Assembly (NCBI GenBank): GCA_021161425.1
Contig: JAGHAQ010000006.1
Location: 11,142 to 75,141, forward strand
Origin: Candidatus Tharpella sp.
Lineage (GTDB): Bacteria > Desulfobacterota > Anaeroferrophillalia > Anaeroferrophillales > Tharpellaceae
Length of the DNA stretch: 64,000 nucleotides
Reading direction: 5' to 3'
The notes below the pieces were generated by a model. It had not been told where the DNA came from, made no database searches, and saw nothing but the letters and a program-made list of their open reading frames with translations. This document shows positions 1 through 11,331 of this stretch, piece by piece. Each line of letters begins with the position of its first letter. Positions within the stretch are counted from its first letter, which is position 1. The position numbers and the translations under genes are program-made.

Positions 1-195
1 GCGCTGCTGGATAAAGGTCTGGTGAAGCTGGAAAATTTCCACCGCTCCGACAACAAGCTCAGGTATCGCTACCTACTCACCCCGGCCGGTATCACCGCGA
101 AAACCAATCTGGCGCGCCGTTTCATGTCTTATAAAATTGAGGAATACGAGCGCCTCCGGCAGGAGATCGACGCCCTGCGCCGGGAGCTGGAATGA
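1..195 (+). CDS. 3' end of an EPS-associated MarR-family transcriptional regulator (EpsA-like); partial, start lies outside the window
   Basis: Frame 1 reads ...[58 protein letters not shown] to a stop at about 193-195. It resembles the C-terminal winged helix of the small EPS-associated MarR regulators found with exosortase/PEP-CTERM loci. Recognised from memory. Confidence 0.55.
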   Translation, partial: ALLDKGLVKLENFHRSDNKLRYRYLLTPAGITAKTNLARRFMSYKIEEYERLRQEIDALRRELE

Positions 196-250
196 AAACT
201 TTGGGGTCAGCCCTTGGAATAACGAACTTAACCCCTTCTGGAGGATGGTT

Positions 251-1333
251 ATGAAGAAAGCATTAATCAGCGGCATTACCGGCCAGGACGGTGCCTACCT
301 GGCGGAATTTCTCTTGGAAAAGGGCTACGAAGTGCACGGTATCAAGCGCCGGGCCTCCTCCTTCAACACCGCCCGCGTTGATCACCTCTACCAGGACCTC
401 CATGAAAAGGATGTTCGTTTCTTCATGCATTACGGTGACCTCACCGACGCCACCAACCTGATCCGCATCATCCAGGAAGTCCAGCCCGACGAAATCTACA
501 ACCTGGCGGCCCAGAGCCACGTGAAGGTCTCCTTCGAAACCCCCGAATACACCGCCAACGCCGATGCCCTCGGCACCCTCCGTCTCCTGGAAGCCATCAG
601 GATTCTCAAATGCGAAGACAAAACCCGCTTTTACCAGGCCTCCACCTCAGAACTCTTCGGCCAGGTGCAAGAATCGCCGCAGACGGAAACCACACCTTTT
701 TATCCCCGCTCGCCTTACGCGGTCGCCAAGCTCTACGCTTACTGGATCACCGTCAATTATCGCGAAGCCTATGGCATGTATGCCTGCAACGGAATCCTTT
801 TCAATCACGAATCTCCGATCCGAGGTGAAACCTTCGTGACCCGCAAGATTACCCGGGCCCTGGCGCGCATCAAGCTCGGGCTGCAGGATGCCCTCTATCT
901 TGGCAATCTGGACGCCAAGCGCGACTGGGGTCATGCTAAGGATTACATCGAAATGCAATGGCTCATGCTACAACAGGAAAAACCGGAAGATTTTGTCATT
1001 GCCACCGGCGTGCAATACAGTGTGCGCGATTTCGTCAATGCCGCTGCCAAGGAACTGGGGATAAGCATACGTTGGAAGGGTACGGGCCTGGATGAAAAAG
1101 GGTACGACCACTCTGGCAAATGCATCGTTGCGGTTGACCAACGCTACTTCCGCCCCACCGAAGTCGAAACCCTGCTCGGCGACCCCACCAAAGCAAAAGA
1201 GAAGCTCGGCTGGACACCCAAAATCACCTTCGATGAACTGGTGGCTGAAATGGTGCGCGAAGATCTCAAGACCGCCGAGCGGGATGAACTGGTCAAAAAA
1301 CACGGCTATTCGGTCCTGAATTACCATGAGTAG
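251..1333 (+). CDS. gmd: GDP-mannose 4,6-dehydratase
   Basis: GGAGG sits 5 nt before the ATG at 251. [34 protein letters not shown] is a Rossmann N-terminus with GxxGxxG, and [15 protein letters not shown] is a Gmd signature. The ORF track lists a longer 137..1333 frame. Confidence 0.93.
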   Translation: MKKALISGITGQDGAYLAEFLLEKGYEVHGIKRRASSFNTARVDHLYQDLHEKDVRFFMHYGDLTDATNLIRIIQEVQPDEIYNLAAQSHVKVSFETPEYTANADALGTLRLLEAIRILKCEDKTRFYQASTSELFGQVQESPQTETTPFYPRSPYAVAKLYAYWITVNYREAYGMYACNGILFNHESPIRGETFVTRKITRALARIKLGLQDALYLGNLDAKRDWGHAKDYIEMQWLMLQQEKPEDFVIATGVQYSVRDFVNAAAKELGISIRWKGTGLDEKGYDHSGKCIVAVDQRYFRPTEVETLLGDPTKAKEKLGWTPKITFDELVAEMVREDLKTAERDELVKKHGYSVLNYHE

Positions 1334-1343
1334 GGATTTTTCT

Positions 1344-2297
1344 ATGAAGCATGAATCTAAAATCTACGTCGCCGGCCACAACGGTTTAGTCGGCTCTGCC
1401 CTCATGCGCCGCCTGGAGACAGAGGGATATACTAACCTGCTTACCCGAACCCATGACGAACTTGACTTGACCGACCAGTTAGCAGTAAAGATGTTCTTCG
1501 AAAAAGAAAAACCCGATTATGTCTTCCTGGCAGCCGCCAAAGTTGGCGGGATTGTGGCCAACAATACCTATCCGGCAGAATTCATCCACGACAACCTGGT
1601 TATCCAAACCAACGTCATCCATGAGGCCTACCGCGTCAGCGTCAAGCGTCTGCTGTTTCTCGGCTCAAGCTGCATCTACCCCCGCGACTGCCCCCAGCCG
1701 ATGAAGGAAGAATACCTCCTTACCGGCCCGCTGGAACCAACCAACCGTCCTTATGCTATCGCCAAAATTGCCGGCATTGAAATGTGCTGGAGCTATAACA
1801 GGCAATATGGTACGCAATATCTGGCGGTTATGCCGACCAACCTTTACGGACCCAGTGATAACTACGACCTCAATGACAGCCATGTCATTCCGGCGCTTAT
1901 ACGAAAATTTCATGAAGCCAAGCTGCGTAAAAACAAGGACGCGGTGGTCTGGGGAACCGGCTCACCACGCCGGGAGTTTCTTTACAGTAATGACATGGCG
2001 GATGCCTGTGTGTATCTAATGAAGCTTCCCAACACTAACTTTTACCAACTGTTAACTGAGGACGGCCCACCGTTAATTAACATCGGTACCGGCGAAGACC
2101 TCACCATCCGGGAACTGGCGGAGCTGGTAAAAGACGTGGTGGGTTTTAAGGGAGCAATCACATTTGACGTCGCCAAGCCGGACGGCACGCCGCGCAAGCT
2201 GATGGATGTATCTCGCCTGAGCAAACTTGGCTGGCAGACCGAAACCGTGTTAGCCGAGGGACTCCGCCGCGCTTATCGCTCTTTTGTAAAGGCTTAG
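1344..2297 (+). CDS. fcl: GDP-L-fucose synthase (GDP-4-keto-6-deoxymannose 3,5-epimerase/4-reductase)
   Basis: [18 protein letters not shown] and the short-chain dehydrogenase fold match Fcl. It starts immediately after gmd. An alternative start at 1326 would overlap the gmd stop. Confidence 0.9.
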   Translation: MKHESKIYVAGHNGLVGSALMRRLETEGYTNLLTRTHDELDLTDQLAVKMFFEKEKPDYVFLAAAKVGGIVANNTYPAEFIHDNLVIQTNVIHEAYRVSVKRLLFLGSSCIYPRDCPQPMKEEYLLTGPLEPTNRPYAIAKIAGIEMCWSYNRQYGTQYLAVMPTNLYGPSDNYDLNDSHVIPALIRKFHEAKLRKNKDAVVWGTGSPRREFLYSNDMADACVYLMKLPNTNFYQLLTEDGPPLINIGTGEDLTIRELAELVKDVVGFKGAITFDVAKPDGTPRKLMDVSRLSKLGWQTETVLAEGLRRAYRSFVKA

Positions 2298-2402
2298 GTC
2301 TTGGTACACATAGGAATGGGGGAAATCTTCAAATAACCCCATCACGGCTCAAAAAATCCAGGTGGGATAGGGGTTTAAAAGGCGGCCTCCCTCTACCTCA
2401 CT

Positions 2403-2828
2403 TCAACAACTGCCATCGCGGTCGAAAACCACCAGGATAGTTTTCAGCAGAATCTTGACATCCGGCCAGATATTCCAGTTGTCGATGTAGTCGAGATCCA
2501 GACGGACAATATCATCAAAATCAATAATTTTGTTGCGGCCGCTTACCTGCCACTTGCCGGTGATCCCCGACTTGATGGATATCCGCCGCCGATGCCAGTT
2601 TTCATAGGCGACGACCTCATTCGGCGTCGGCAGTCGGGTGCCCACCAGGCTCATGTCACCCTTCAACACATTCCAGAACTGGAGTAGCTCATTCAGGCTG
2701 ATTTTCCGCAAAAAGTGTCCCACCTTGGAATTTCTCCGGCGCCTACCAGATAATCCGTCAGGATGAGGGTTCGGTATTACTGCGAGAGGGGCAAACGTAT
2801 GTCTCGTGCGTTTTCCAATTACAGTCAC
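2403..2828 (-). pseudogene. C-terminal fragment of a bacterial sugar transferase (polyprenyl-phosphate hexose-1-phosphate transferase, PF02397-like); N-terminal two thirds missing
   Basis: The C-terminal about 100 aa read FLRKISLNELLQFWNVLKGDMSLVGTRLPTPNEVVAYENWHRRRISIKSGITGKWQVSGR, the hallmark motif of WbaP/EpsB-type transferases. The first roughly 38 codons (RTRHTFAPLAVIPNPHPDGLSGRRRRNS) look like out-of-frame junk. No upstream minus-strand ORF supplies the missing catalytic N-terminus. Confidence 0.5.
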
Positions 2829-3165
2829 CGCAGAGGTTCTTGCGGGTCGCGCCGCCCCTGGTGCCGAATGCTGTTTTATTTGATCACTACCAGGAGAAAA
2901 AATTCATCGGCCGGCTTTACTACCAACAAGTCAACGACCGGCTGATTTTTGCCTGCACAACCTACCTCTATCCCGGCAAGCGTGACCGAATTATTATCAC
3001 TTTTACCCGTGACATCTGTGCCATGCCAGCGGATTTCATGACCCTGCCCCAAGAGCAGTTTGACCAGCTGCTTGCCTGTCAGCACGATTGGCAGCAAAGA
3101 TTGTCTCTGCTGGCAGCGCAGCTGTGAGGACAGGAAAAAATAGCGCATATGATTAAGCAGAAAAC

Positions 3166-3202
3166 AAAAGAGCGGCACCCTTTAGAAGTGCCGCTCTTTT
3201 TA
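3166..3202. terminator. Bidirectional Rho-independent terminator downstream of pnp
   Basis: The hairpin aagAGCGGCACcctttagaaGTGCCGCTctt has an A-tract on its left and a T-tract on its right. It therefore works on both strands and lies 30 nt past the pnp stop. Confidence 0.6.
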
Positions 3203-3231
3203 AGTCCGTATACAAGTTAGACAGATCAGAA

Positions 3232-5307
3232 TTACTTCGAATCCATCCCTTTGCGGGTGAGGCGAATTTTGCCTTGGCGATCTACTTCGATCACTTTGAC
3301 CATAACTTCGTCACCCTCTTTCATAAAGTCGCGGACGTCGCGAACCCGCTCTTCGGCAATCTGCGAGATATGCAGGAGCCCGTCAGTACCGGGAAAAATC
3401 TGCACAAAAGCGCCGAAATCCATAATTCTCTGCACCGTGCCGAGATAAACTTTACCAACCTCGGCCTCCTGGGTCAAATCACGAATCAGGGCAATCGCCA
3501 TTTCGGAAGCCTGTCCGTCAACTGAAGCGATCTTGATCTCACCGCTATCGTCGATATCGATCTTGGCTCCAGATTTTTCGGTAATGGCGCGAATGTTTTT
3601 GCCGCCAGGTCCAATCACGTCTCTGATTTTATCAGGATCAATCATGATTGTCATGATCCGCGGCGCATAATCTGAAAGTTCAGCCCGAGGTTCAGTCAGG
3701 GCGGCAGCCATCTCGCCAAGAATATGCAGACGTCCGGCCTTGGCCTGGGCCAGGGCTTTAGCCATGATCTCCCGGCTGATGCCGTTGATCTTGATATCCA
3801 TCTGAATGGCGGTAATCCCATCCTTGGTGCCGGCAACCTTGAAATCCATATCTCCAACATGATCTTCATCACCGAGAATATCACTCAAGACAATAAAATC
3901 ATCACCCTCCTGAACCAGTCCCATGGCGATCCCGGCGACCGGGGCCTTGATCGGCACCCCGGCATCCATCAGGGCCAGACTGCCACCACAAACCGACGCC
4001 ATCGAGGAAGAGCCGTTCGATTCAGTAATATCGGAAACGATACGTATCGTATAGGGGAATTTATCAGCTCCGGGCAGGATCGCTTTCAAAGCCCGACGAG
4101 CCAGGGTTCCATGACCGATTTCACGCCGGCCAGGACCTCTTAGGAAACGGGCTTCGCCGACACTGTAAGGCGGAAAGTTATAATGCAACATAAAGTCATT
4201 AAAGGTGTTGCCGCGCAGCGAATCGATACGCTGTTCATCAACTGAAGTTCCGAGGGTTGCGGTAACAATGGCCTGGGTCTCACCCCGGGTAAAAAGGGCT
4301 GAACCATGGGTCCTGGGCAGCAGAGAGACCTCGCAGGCAATATCGCGAATCTCATCAACCTTCCGACCCCCGATCCGCACCCCTTGAGTACTGATCTGAC
4401 GACGAATAGCCCCGCCCAGACGATCTTCAAAAACCTCACCAAGATCATCAGCCGAAATTTCTAATTCGGCCAGACGCACTCTTACCTTATCTTTGAGAAG
4501 AGAAAAGTAGTCCTGGCGCTCAAGCTTGTCGGAAACTTTGATACCTTCTTCAAAACGGTCGCCAAAACATTCATCGACCACGGCCGTAAGATCACTGTTG
4601 ATAACCGGAGCTATGACTTCACGTTTTTCGATGCCGATCTGTTTTACCATTTCAAGCTGGGCATCAAGAAAAGGCTGGGCCGCATTATGACCTAATTCCA
4701 GGGCTTCCAGCATGACCTGTTCATCAACTTCCTGAGCTCCACCCTCGACCATGACAACCGCTTCACGGTTGCAGGCCATAATGACGTCGAGATCACTTTC
4801 ATCGGTCTCGGCAAAGGTGGGATTGACAACCAGTTCGCCATTAACTCGAGCAACCCGCACGGCAGCAACCGGACCGGCAAAAGGAATCTCTGAGATCATC
4901 AGGGCGGCCGAAGCTCCGGTCAGTGCTAAAATCGCCGGGTCATTGACATTATCGGTCGACATCACGGTCGCGATAATCTGGGTTTCACAGGTAAACCCTT
5001 TGGGAAACAGGGGCCGTAACGGCCGATCAATAAGCCTTGAGGTCAAAGTTTCACGGTCACTCAAACGACCTTCACGTTTAAAGAAACCTCCGGGGATTTT
5101 CCCGGCGGCATAGGTTTTTTCCTGAAAATCGACAGTCAAAGGAAAGAAATCGATCCCCTCACGTCCCTTACGAGCCGACACCGCCGTCACTAAAACCATG
5201 GTATCGCCTTGACGAACCATAACCGCGCCGTTCGCCTGTTTGGCAATCTTGCCACTCTCAAAACTTACATTTCTACCCGCAACTTCTACCTTGCAATACT
5301 TTTTCAT
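3232..5307 (-). CDS. pnp: Polyribonucleotide nucleotidyltransferase (PNPase)
   Basis: The 691-aa protein has two RNase PH domains, a KH domain and a C-terminal S1 domain (…[34 protein letters not shown]…). It sits in the canonical position downstream of rpsO. Confidence 0.97.
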   Translation of the reverse strand: MKKYCKVEVAGRNVSFESGKIAKQANGAVMVRQGDTMVLVTAVSARKGREGIDFFPLTVDFQEKTYAAGKIPGGFFKREGRLSDRETLTSRLIDRPLRPLFPKGFTCETQIIATVMSTDNVNDPAILALTGASAALMISEIPFAGPVAAVRVARVNGELVVNPTFAETDESDLDVIMACNREAVVMVEGGAQEVDEQVMLEALELGHNAAQPFLDAQLEMVKQIGIEKREVIAPVINSDLTAVVDECFGDRFEEGIKVSDKLERQDYFSLLKDKVRVRLAELEISADDLGEVFEDRLGGAIRRQISTQGVRIGGRKVDEIRDIACEVSLLPRTHGSALFTRGETQAIVTATLGTSVDEQRIDSLRGNTFNDFMLHYNFPPYSVGEARFLRGPGRREIGHGTLARRALKAILPGADKFPYTIRIVSDITESNGSSSMASVCGGSLALMDAGVPIKAPVAGIAMGLVQEGDDFIVLSDILGDEDHVGDMDFKVAGTKDGITAIQMDIKINGISREIMAKALAQAKAGRLHILGEMAAALTEPRAELSDYAPRIMTIMIDPDKIRDVIGPGGKNIRAITEKSGAKIDIDDSGEIKIASVDGQASEMAIALIRDLTQEAEVGKVYLGTVQRIMDFGAFVQIFPGTDGLLHISQIAEERVRDVRDFMKEGDEVMVKVIEVDRQGKIRLTRKGMDSK

Positions 5308-5515
5308 ATCTTCTCCACTTCTCTTTTCCGCGTCAACCTACAATAACTCTGCACATTCTCCAAGTAACCGCTGATTATCCGGTACATTCCGGATAACCTG
5401 ATTTAACGCTTTTATACGCATAGGAATAAAAAAAACTGCCTCCAGCCTATGCCCTGAAAGCAGTTTTCAAAATAGTTCTAGATCTTAACTATGATGATCA
5501 GACCAACTCCGCAGC
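5308..5515 (-). promoter_or_regulatory. rpsO-pnp intercistronic region and pnp 5' leader with stem-loops (rpsO terminator and putative RNase III/autoregulatory hairpin)
   Basis: The 208-nt untranslated gap contains the hairpin gcatagg…cctatgc at about 5415-5453, flanked by T and A runs. The assignment is by analogy to the E. coli rpsO-pnp leader. Confidence 0.3.
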
Positions 5516-5785
5516 CTAACGCCGCAGACCCAAACTACCGATCATATCTTTATAACGTTTGAACTCTTTCGTTTTCAAATAGTCAAGCAAACGACGTCTT
5601 TGCCCAACCAGTTTCAGCAAACCGCGCCGGGAGTGAAAGTCGTGTTTATGAACTTTGAAATGATCGGTCAGATAGGTAATTCTCTCGCTAAGCAGAGCAA
5701 TCTGAACTTCAGGGGAACCGGTATCACTTTCGTGCAGCCTGTATTTCTCGATAATATCATTTTTTTGACCACTTACAAACGCCAT
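5516..5785 (-). CDS. rpsO: 30S ribosomal protein S15
   Basis: [71 protein letters not shown] is S15. GAGGAG sits 8 nt before the ATG at 5785. The ORF track's 5803 start adds 6 unsupported codons. Confidence 0.95.
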   Translation of the reverse strand: MAFVSGQKNDIIEKYRLHESDTGSPEVQIALLSERITYLTDHFKVHKHDFHSRRGLLKLVGQRRRLLDYLKTKEFKRYKDMIGSLGLRR

Positions 5786-5904
5786 TGAAACTTTTCTCCT
5801 CATTTTTCTTTTAAGACACTATAATTCAGCAGCAAATCTGCTTGTTATCATCTGACAGGCTCCTGCTACCATAAAAGCCGGGCCTTGTAAAGATTTTGTT
5901 TTAT

Positions 5905-6837
5905 TTAAGAGCCCTGCGGCATCATTACTCGAGACATCCGCAACACTTCATCGGCGCTATCATTATCCCGCTCAAGACGGGCTAGAGCCAAAAGGGTTCC
6001 TGCCTCATCAACCAGGACGATCTCGTCCTTAGCATTTAACCTTGGCGACGGCGTTGATACCCGATCAAGCGGTACTGCCACGCCATGGGCTATATTATCT
6101 TTTATTGTCGAATCGCCAATCACGATGCGGGGCAGATGAGTTAAAACCTCAAGCGGAGAAATCAGCGGCAAACTCTCGCCTGTAGCAATTTCCTCCATCA
6201 ATTTGTCCAGCGGTGTCGCTTGATCGAGGGTAAATGGCCCACTCGCCTCACGGCGCAGCGACCAGATGCGGGCTCCGCAACCGAGATCACGCCCGACATC
6301 AGCAGCCAGCGACCTGACATAGGTTCCTTTTGAACAGACTACCCGAAAAGCAACCAGCGGAGGACTGTATGACAAAAGCGTAAAGGAATCTATATCGACC
6401 TGGCGCTCCGGCGGCGTCACCTCAACTCCGGCACGGGCATAAGCATAAAGAGGTCGCCCCTTGCTTTTTATGGCCGAATAGATCGGTGCAACCTGAGTCA
6501 CCCGACCATGATAACGCGCAAACACATCGGAGATCTCTTTCTCGCTGCACTCAAGTGGCCCTTCATGACGGGCAACGATCTCACCATCACGATCCAGGGT
6601 ATCACTCTCGACACCAAGCTCAATCTCGCCGCTGTAGACTTTGCGACTTTCATCAAGATATTGAATCAGACGTGTCGCCCGATTGAGAGCCAACGGCAAA
6701 ACTCCGGTCGCCAGAGGATCAAGGGTTCCGGTATGACCAACCTTACGACAGCCAAGCTGACGTTTGACTCGGGCCACCACCTGTTGAGAGGTTAACCCCT
6801 GCGGTTTATCGACAACCAGAAAAGCGTCGTCGATCAT
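5905..6837 (-). CDS. truB: tRNA pseudouridine(55) synthase
   Basis: LVVDKPQGLTSQQVVARVKRQLGCRKVGHTGTLDPLATGVLPL is the TruB catalytic-Asp motif, and a PUA-like C-terminus follows. It overlaps the upstream gene by 4 nt (ATGA). Confidence 0.93.
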   Translation of the reverse strand: MIDDAFLVVDKPQGLTSQQVVARVKRQLGCRKVGHTGTLDPLATGVLPLALNRATRLIQYLDESRKVYSGEIELGVESDTLDRDGEIVARHEGPLECSEKEISDVFARYHGRVTQVAPIYSAIKSKGRPLYAYARAGVEVTPPERQVDIDSFTLLSYSPPLVAFRVVCSKGTYVRSLAADVGRDLGCGARIWSLRREASGPFTLDQATPLDKLMEEIATGESLPLISPLEVLTHLPRIVIGDSTIKDNIAHGVAVPLDRVSTPSPRLNAKDEIVLVDEAGTLLALARLERDNDSADEVLRMSRVMMPQGS

Positions 6838-7820
6838 CTGGAATCGGCCCCCTGCAGAGAGTTATCAACGATTGCAAAAACCTTTTCAATCAACTCCGGC
6901 AAAGAGCCCTGCAAACGACACCCGGCGGCATTATGATGACCGCCGCCACCAAACTCTGCAGCCAGGGCTGCGACATTGACCGTACCCCGGGAACGAAAAC
7001 TTAATTTATACTCTTTAAGGCCTATCTCGCGGGCCATAAAGGCAACTTCAACCCCGGCGATGGAACGTGGATAGTTGACGAGGCCGTCAGTATACTCACC
7101 ATTAGTGCCGGTCTCATCAAACATCTTCTGTGTAACCCATACCGCCGCCGCCTTACCGGAAGCAGAGATCCGCAAAGTTTCCAGCACCCGGCCAGCCAAC
7201 TTGATGCGCCCAACCGGCTGGCTTTCATAAACATACTGGGTAACACTCCAGGGCTCGACGCCGCGGGCCACCAGATCACCGGCTATGGCAAAAGAACTAG
7301 GGGTTGAATTGGAGTAGCGAAAGGATCCGGTATCAGTCAAGATAGCGGTATAAAGATTGACGGCAACATCAAGCTTAAAATCGGGGTCGAGACAAAGAGC
7401 AAGTTCGTAGATCAACTCCCCGGTGGCACAGGCTTGAGAATAGACAAGATTTATATCAGCCGCCAAATCAGCGGTCAGGTGATGGTCAATACATAAAGAT
7501 TGATCATAGCCCCGCCAGGCAACCAGATCCTTACCGGCCCGTTCAAACTCACTGCAGTCGAGCAGGCAAAGGAGATCACAAGTCTCAGGCAGATGATCAA
7601 CAAAAAACTCGGTGCCGGGCAGAAATTCATAACTATAGGGAACGGCATCGCGATTGTAAACAATCACCTCTTTACCCAATTTTTTAAGAATCAGAGCCCA
7701 GGCTAGAGATGAACCGATGGCATCACCATCAGGATCAATATGACTGGCAATCACAACCGTCTTAGCTTTTTGCACTGCGGCCAGGGCAAAGGCCTTCTTC
7801 TCAGCACCAATCACGCCCAT
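6834..7820 (-). CDS. DHH/DHHA1 family phosphoesterase (NrnA-like bifunctional oligoribonuclease/pAp phosphatase)
   Basis: ASHIDPDGDAIGS and DHH are the DHH motifs, and the GGGH motif marks the DHHA1 domain (…GGGGHHNAAGCRL…). It is wedged between rbfA and truB, as in many nusA-infB operons. Confidence 0.8.
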   Translation of the reverse strand: MGVIGAEKKAFALAAVQKAKTVVIASHIDPDGDAIGSSLAWALILKKLGKEVIVYNRDAVPYSYEFLPGTEFFVDHLPETCDLLCLLDCSEFERAGKDLVAWRGYDQSLCIDHHLTADLAADINLVYSQACATGELIYELALCLDPDFKLDVAVNLYTAILTDTGSFRYSNSTPSSFAIAGDLVARGVEPWSVTQYVYESQPVGRIKLAGRVLETLRISASGKAAAVWVTQKMFDETGTNGEYTDGLVNYPRSIAGVEVAFMAREIGLKEYKLSFRSRGTVNVAALAAEFGGGGHHNAAGCRLQGSLPELIEKVFAIVDNSLQGADSR

Positions 7821-8180
7821 TTAAAGCTCTTCTTCCTGTTTAATCCGGCCAAAGATCTCTTCCATATGCGCCCCTTTATCGGTAGTTTTATCATAGCGAA
7901 AATGGAATTGAGGAATTCTTTTCAGGTGCAAGCGACGCCCCATTTCACGACGCATAAAACTGGCCGTACTCTGCAAACCGGACAAGGTCTCCGCCTTCTC
8001 CTGATCACTTCCGATAACCGTAAAATAGACAGTTGCGTGGCTCAAATCAGGGGAGACTTCAACATCCATGATCGTCACAAAGCCGATGCGGGGATCTTTA
8101 ATATCGCGCTGCAGCATGGCCGAGATCTCACCTCTCAGTTGATCTCCGATACGCTGACAACGCTGACTACGTTCTTTCAT
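7821..8180 (-). CDS. rbfA: Ribosome-binding factor A
   Basis: RIGDQLRGEISAMLQ…DPRIGFVTIMDVEVSPDLSHATVYF is the RbfA KH-like fold. It lies directly downstream of infB. Confidence 0.9.
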   Translation of the reverse strand: MKERSQRCQRIGDQLRGEISAMLQRDIKDPRIGFVTIMDVEVSPDLSHATVYFTVIGSDQEKAETLSGLQSTASFMRREMGRRLHLKRIPQFHFRYDKTTDKGAHMEEIFGRIKQEEEL

Positions 8181-8204
8181 TCAAATATCCGTTTCAGTCG
8201 CCAG

Positions 8205-11042
8205 CTATAATTTAGCAGCTACCGCTTCTATAACAAAAGCCTCGATCACATCGCCGGGCTTGATATCGTTGTAGTTTTCAATGCCGATACCACACTCAAA
8301 ACCTGCAGACACCTCTTTGGCGTCAGCCTTGAAACGTTTCAGGGATGAAATTTTGCCCTCGACAATTACAACATCATCACGCAGCAAGCGCACCTGAGTG
8401 TTACGTTGCATTTTACCATCGACAACTCGGCAACCGGCGATAGTACCGACTTTGGAAACCATAAAAGCTTGACGAACCTCAGCCCGGCCCATATAGACCT
8501 CACGCATATCAGGAGCTAAGAGTCCCTCCATCGCCATTCTTAGATCTTCTAAGAGATCATAGATTACCGTATAGAGACGGATATCGACATTTTCCTGTTC
8601 CGCTAAATGCTGAGCTTTAAGATCAGGCCGCACGTTAAAAGCCACGATAATCGCTTGTGACGCACCCGCCAACATAACATCAGCTTCTTTGACGCCACCA
8701 ACTGCAGCATGCACAACATCGACCTTAACCTTTTTTGTAGCCTGTTTCTTCAAAGCCTCGCTGACAGCCTCGACCGAGCCCTGAACGTCACCTTTAATAA
8801 TAACGTTAAGCTGCTCGACTTCGCCCTCTTCCATCTGTTCGAAAAGGTCCTCAAGAGAGATCTTGCTGGTTTTGGAAATATCCTGCTCTCGGGCTTTATG
8901 CTGACGGTTCGAGGTTAACTCCTTGGCCTGTTTTTCCGACTTCACAACATTGAAATCGTCACCGGCCGAAGGGGCTCCGCTAAGACCTAAGACCTCAACC
9001 GGAATTGAAGGTCCGGCACTCTCAATCTGCTGTCCCTTATCGTTAAGCAGGGCTCTAACCCGGCCGCTGTAGAGCCCGGCAACAATAAAATCTCCTTGTT
9101 TAACCGTCCCATCCTGAACCAGAACGGTAGCCACCGGCCCCTTACCCCGATCAAGACGGGATTCAAGAACCACCCCTCGGGCGATTTTGTCGGGATTGGC
9201 GACAATCTCCATCATCTCGGCCTGCAGAAGTATCATTTCCAAAAGGGTATCAAGATTGAGCCGTTGCTTGGCTGAAACCTCGACAAAGATAGTATCGCCA
9301 CCCCAATCCTCTGAGATCAAGCCATATTCGCTTAACTGCCGCCGGACCTCGTCAGGCCGGGCATTCTCTTTATCAATTTTGTTAATCGCGACAATGATCG
9401 GGACCTCGGCGGCTTTGGCATGATTGATCGACTCAATCGTCGTCGGCATCACCCCATCATCGGCGGCAACCACTAAAATGACAATATCGGTGACCCCGGC
9501 TCCACGAGAACGCATCGAGGTAAAGGCTTCATGACCAGGGGTATCGACAAAGGAGATATCACCTTTCGGCAACGACACCATATAAGCGCCAATATGCTGC
9601 GTGATACCGCCGGCTTCACCATCGGCAACCTGGGTCTGACGAATAGCATCAAGAAGTGAGGTTTTCCCGTGATCAACATGCCCCATAATAGTCACTACCG
9701 GCGGCCGGCTGACCAGATCTTCAGGATTATCCTCAACTCTCTCAAAAACCAATTCTTCATCAAAAGCAACATTCTCAACCGTATGCCCATACTCCTCAGC
9801 AACCAGACTTGCGGTATCAAAATCGACCATCTGGTTAATGGTTGCCATTGTCCCCATGGTCATCAACTTGCCAATAATTTCTCCGGCTTTGATGCCCATC
9901 TTTTTAGCCAGTTCACCAACACTGATGACCTCGGTGATCTTAACCACCCGTTTGATCTGTTTGGGCATCGTGATCTCAGTTTTCTGACCGGACTTCTTTT
10001 TACTGGCCCGACCCCGGCGACCCTTACCACCCCGTTCATCAGCAAAGTTGAGATTTTTTATGACCGAGCGCCGCGCCCCTTTGCGACTGCGGCTGGCGGC
10101 GGCATTTTCAGCGGCCGGCGGAGACCCATCTTTCTTGCGTGATTTACGGCTCTTTTTTGCTTCAGCGGCTTGTGTGCCAGCTGTATCCGGGACTGGCACT
10201 GCAGGCGCTGCTGCAAGAGGAGAAGCTCCACGGGGAGCCGGTTCTGAACTTTTCGTTTTCGCTTTACCTCGAGGTGAACGGCCTCCCGGCCGGGCTCCTA
10301 AATCACTTAAAGCCACCCGACCAATAACCCGCGCCCCACGAACCCCGCTTTTGCCACTCTTTCCAGACTTTTCAGCGGCAACGGTTTTCTCTTTATCCTC
10401 ACTGACGGGTAAAACCGCTTCAGTATCGTCATCAGTAACGCTTTCCTGATCCGAAGCCGTTGCAACAGTTTCAGGCTCACCGACGATTACTTCGACGGCC
10501 GACGACGAAGGTTCACCTTCTACAGAAATTGCGGCCTCTTCACCACTGACAGACTCAATCTCAGCTTCCAGACCAGCGACCACCTCTTCAGGCTCGGTTT
10601 CAGACTCTGGCTCTTCTGAGACAACCACCTCTGCGGCTTCAACGTCAGCTTCAACCGTTTCCTGAATTTCCAGGGTTTCCGCTGACGGCTCTTCAGAAGC
10701 AGACGGAGTGACGGTCTCAGGAGTTCCAGAGTCCTCTTCTTTCGAAGCCTCACCCACAGACTCACTACTGTCTGTTTCCATAGGCTCGGAGACGGTTTTT
10801 TCGACAACCTTCCGGCGCCGACGACGAACTCCGGAACCGACACGTTTTTCAACAACATCGGGTCCCTGATTCTGCCGGCACCAGACGGTGACACGATCAA
10901 CATCCTCAGCGCTCAGAGGACTAAACTTAGTGCTGACCTCAATCTCCAAACTCTCTAAAATCGTAATAAGCTCAGATTCCTTCAGTTTCAGAACCCGAGA
11001 AAGTTCATAAACCTTGGTTTTCTTTTTTTCCCGCAGAATCAA
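8205..11042 (-). CDS. infB: Translation initiation factor IF-2
   Basis: The 945-aa protein has a low-complexity acidic, Ala/Pro/Lys-rich N-terminal region. A GTPase domain follows ([17 protein letters not shown]…DTPGHEAF…NKIDK), then the C-terminal beta-barrels. Confidence 0.97.
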   Translation of the reverse strand: MILREKKKTKVYELSRVLKLKESELITILESLEIEVSTKFSPLSAEDVDRVTVWCRQNQGPDVVEKRVGSGVRRRRRKVVEKTVSEPMETDSSESVGEASKEEDSGTPETVTPSASEEPSAETLEIQETVEADVEAAEVVVSEEPESETEPEEVVAGLEAEIESVSGEEAAISVEGEPSSSAVEVIVGEPETVATASDQESVTDDDTEAVLPVSEDKEKTVAAEKSGKSGKSGVRGARVIGRVALSDLGARPGGRSPRGKAKTKSSEPAPRGASPLAAAPAVPVPDTAGTQAAEAKKSRKSRKKDGSPPAAENAAASRSRKGARRSVIKNLNFADERGGKGRRGRASKKKSGQKTEITMPKQIKRVVKITEVISVGELAKKMGIKAGEIIGKLMTMGTMATINQMVDFDTASLVAEEYGHTVENVAFDEELVFERVEDNPEDLVSRPPVVTIMGHVDHGKTSLLDAIRQTQVADGEAGGITQHIGAYMVSLPKGDISFVDTPGHEAFTSMRSRGAGVTDIVILVVAADDGVMPTTIESINHAKAAEVPIIVAINKIDKENARPDEVRRQLSEYGLISEDWGGDTIFVEVSAKQRLNLDTLLEMILLQAEMMEIVANPDKIARGVVLESRLDRGKGPVATVLVQDGTVKQGDFIVAGLYSGRVRALLNDKGQQIESAGPSIPVEVLGLSGAPSAGDDFNVVKSEKQAKELTSNRQHKAREQDISKTSKISLEDLFEQMEEGEVEQLNVIIKGDVQGSVEAVSEALKKQATKKVKVDVVHAAVGGVKEADVMLAGASQAIIVAFNVRPDLKAQHLAEQENVDIRLYTVIYDLLEDLRMAMEGLLAPDMREVYMGRAEVRQAFMVSKVGTIAGCRVVDGKMQRNTQVRLLRDDVVIVEGKISSLKRFKADAKEVSAGFECGIGIENYNDIKPGDVIEAFVIEAVAAKL

Positions 11043-11048
11043 GGTTGG

Positions 11049-11327
11049 CTACCCCCTAGCATCAATTGTTTTTTTCAAGACACCCTGTAAAAGTGCACGG
11101 CTTTCCGTATCCAAAGCCTCAGATCCGATCGGCAAACGACCTAAACGACGCTTGCCCTCAAGAAAGCGGCCCAAACATTCAACTTTCTGACAAATATAAT
11201 AACCCCGACCCGGAGCTCGATGCTTATTATCGTAAAAGAGCTCAGCCCCGATAAGAACCAATCGGTAAAGACTTTTTTTTTCGGCCCGCTGATGACAGAT
11301 CAAACAGGTACGTAGCGGCACCGCCAC
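11049..11327 (-). CDS. YlxR/DUF448 family RNA-binding protein
   Basis: PLRTCLICHQRAEKKSLYRLV…GRGYYIC is the YlxR motif, between nusA and infB. The likely start is GTG at 11327, with AGGAG 7 nt upstream. That removes the 50-nt overlap with nusA implied by the ORF-track start at 11381. Confidence 0.7.
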   Translation of the reverse strand: MAVPLRTCLICHQRAEKKSLYRLVLIGAELFYDNKHRAPGRGYYICQKVECLGRFLEGKRRLGRLPIGSEALDTESRALLQGVLKKTIDARG

Positions 11328-11331
11328 AGCC

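Noticed and set aside
2840-3127. 95-aa TTG-start ORF between the sugar-transferase remnant and pnp
   Set aside because: It has no RBS and no recognisable motif, and it sits in a region interpreted as decayed. It is not listed as a feature but is mentioned under the EPS-edge finding.
8709-10903. Multiple 60-160-aa ORFs on both strands inside infB (e.g. 9669-10142+, 10048-10449+, 10520-10903-)
   Set aside because: They lie antisense to, or out of frame within, a clearly homologous IF-2 coding sequence. The repetitive GC-rich N-terminal region of infB inflates ORF lengths in other frames.
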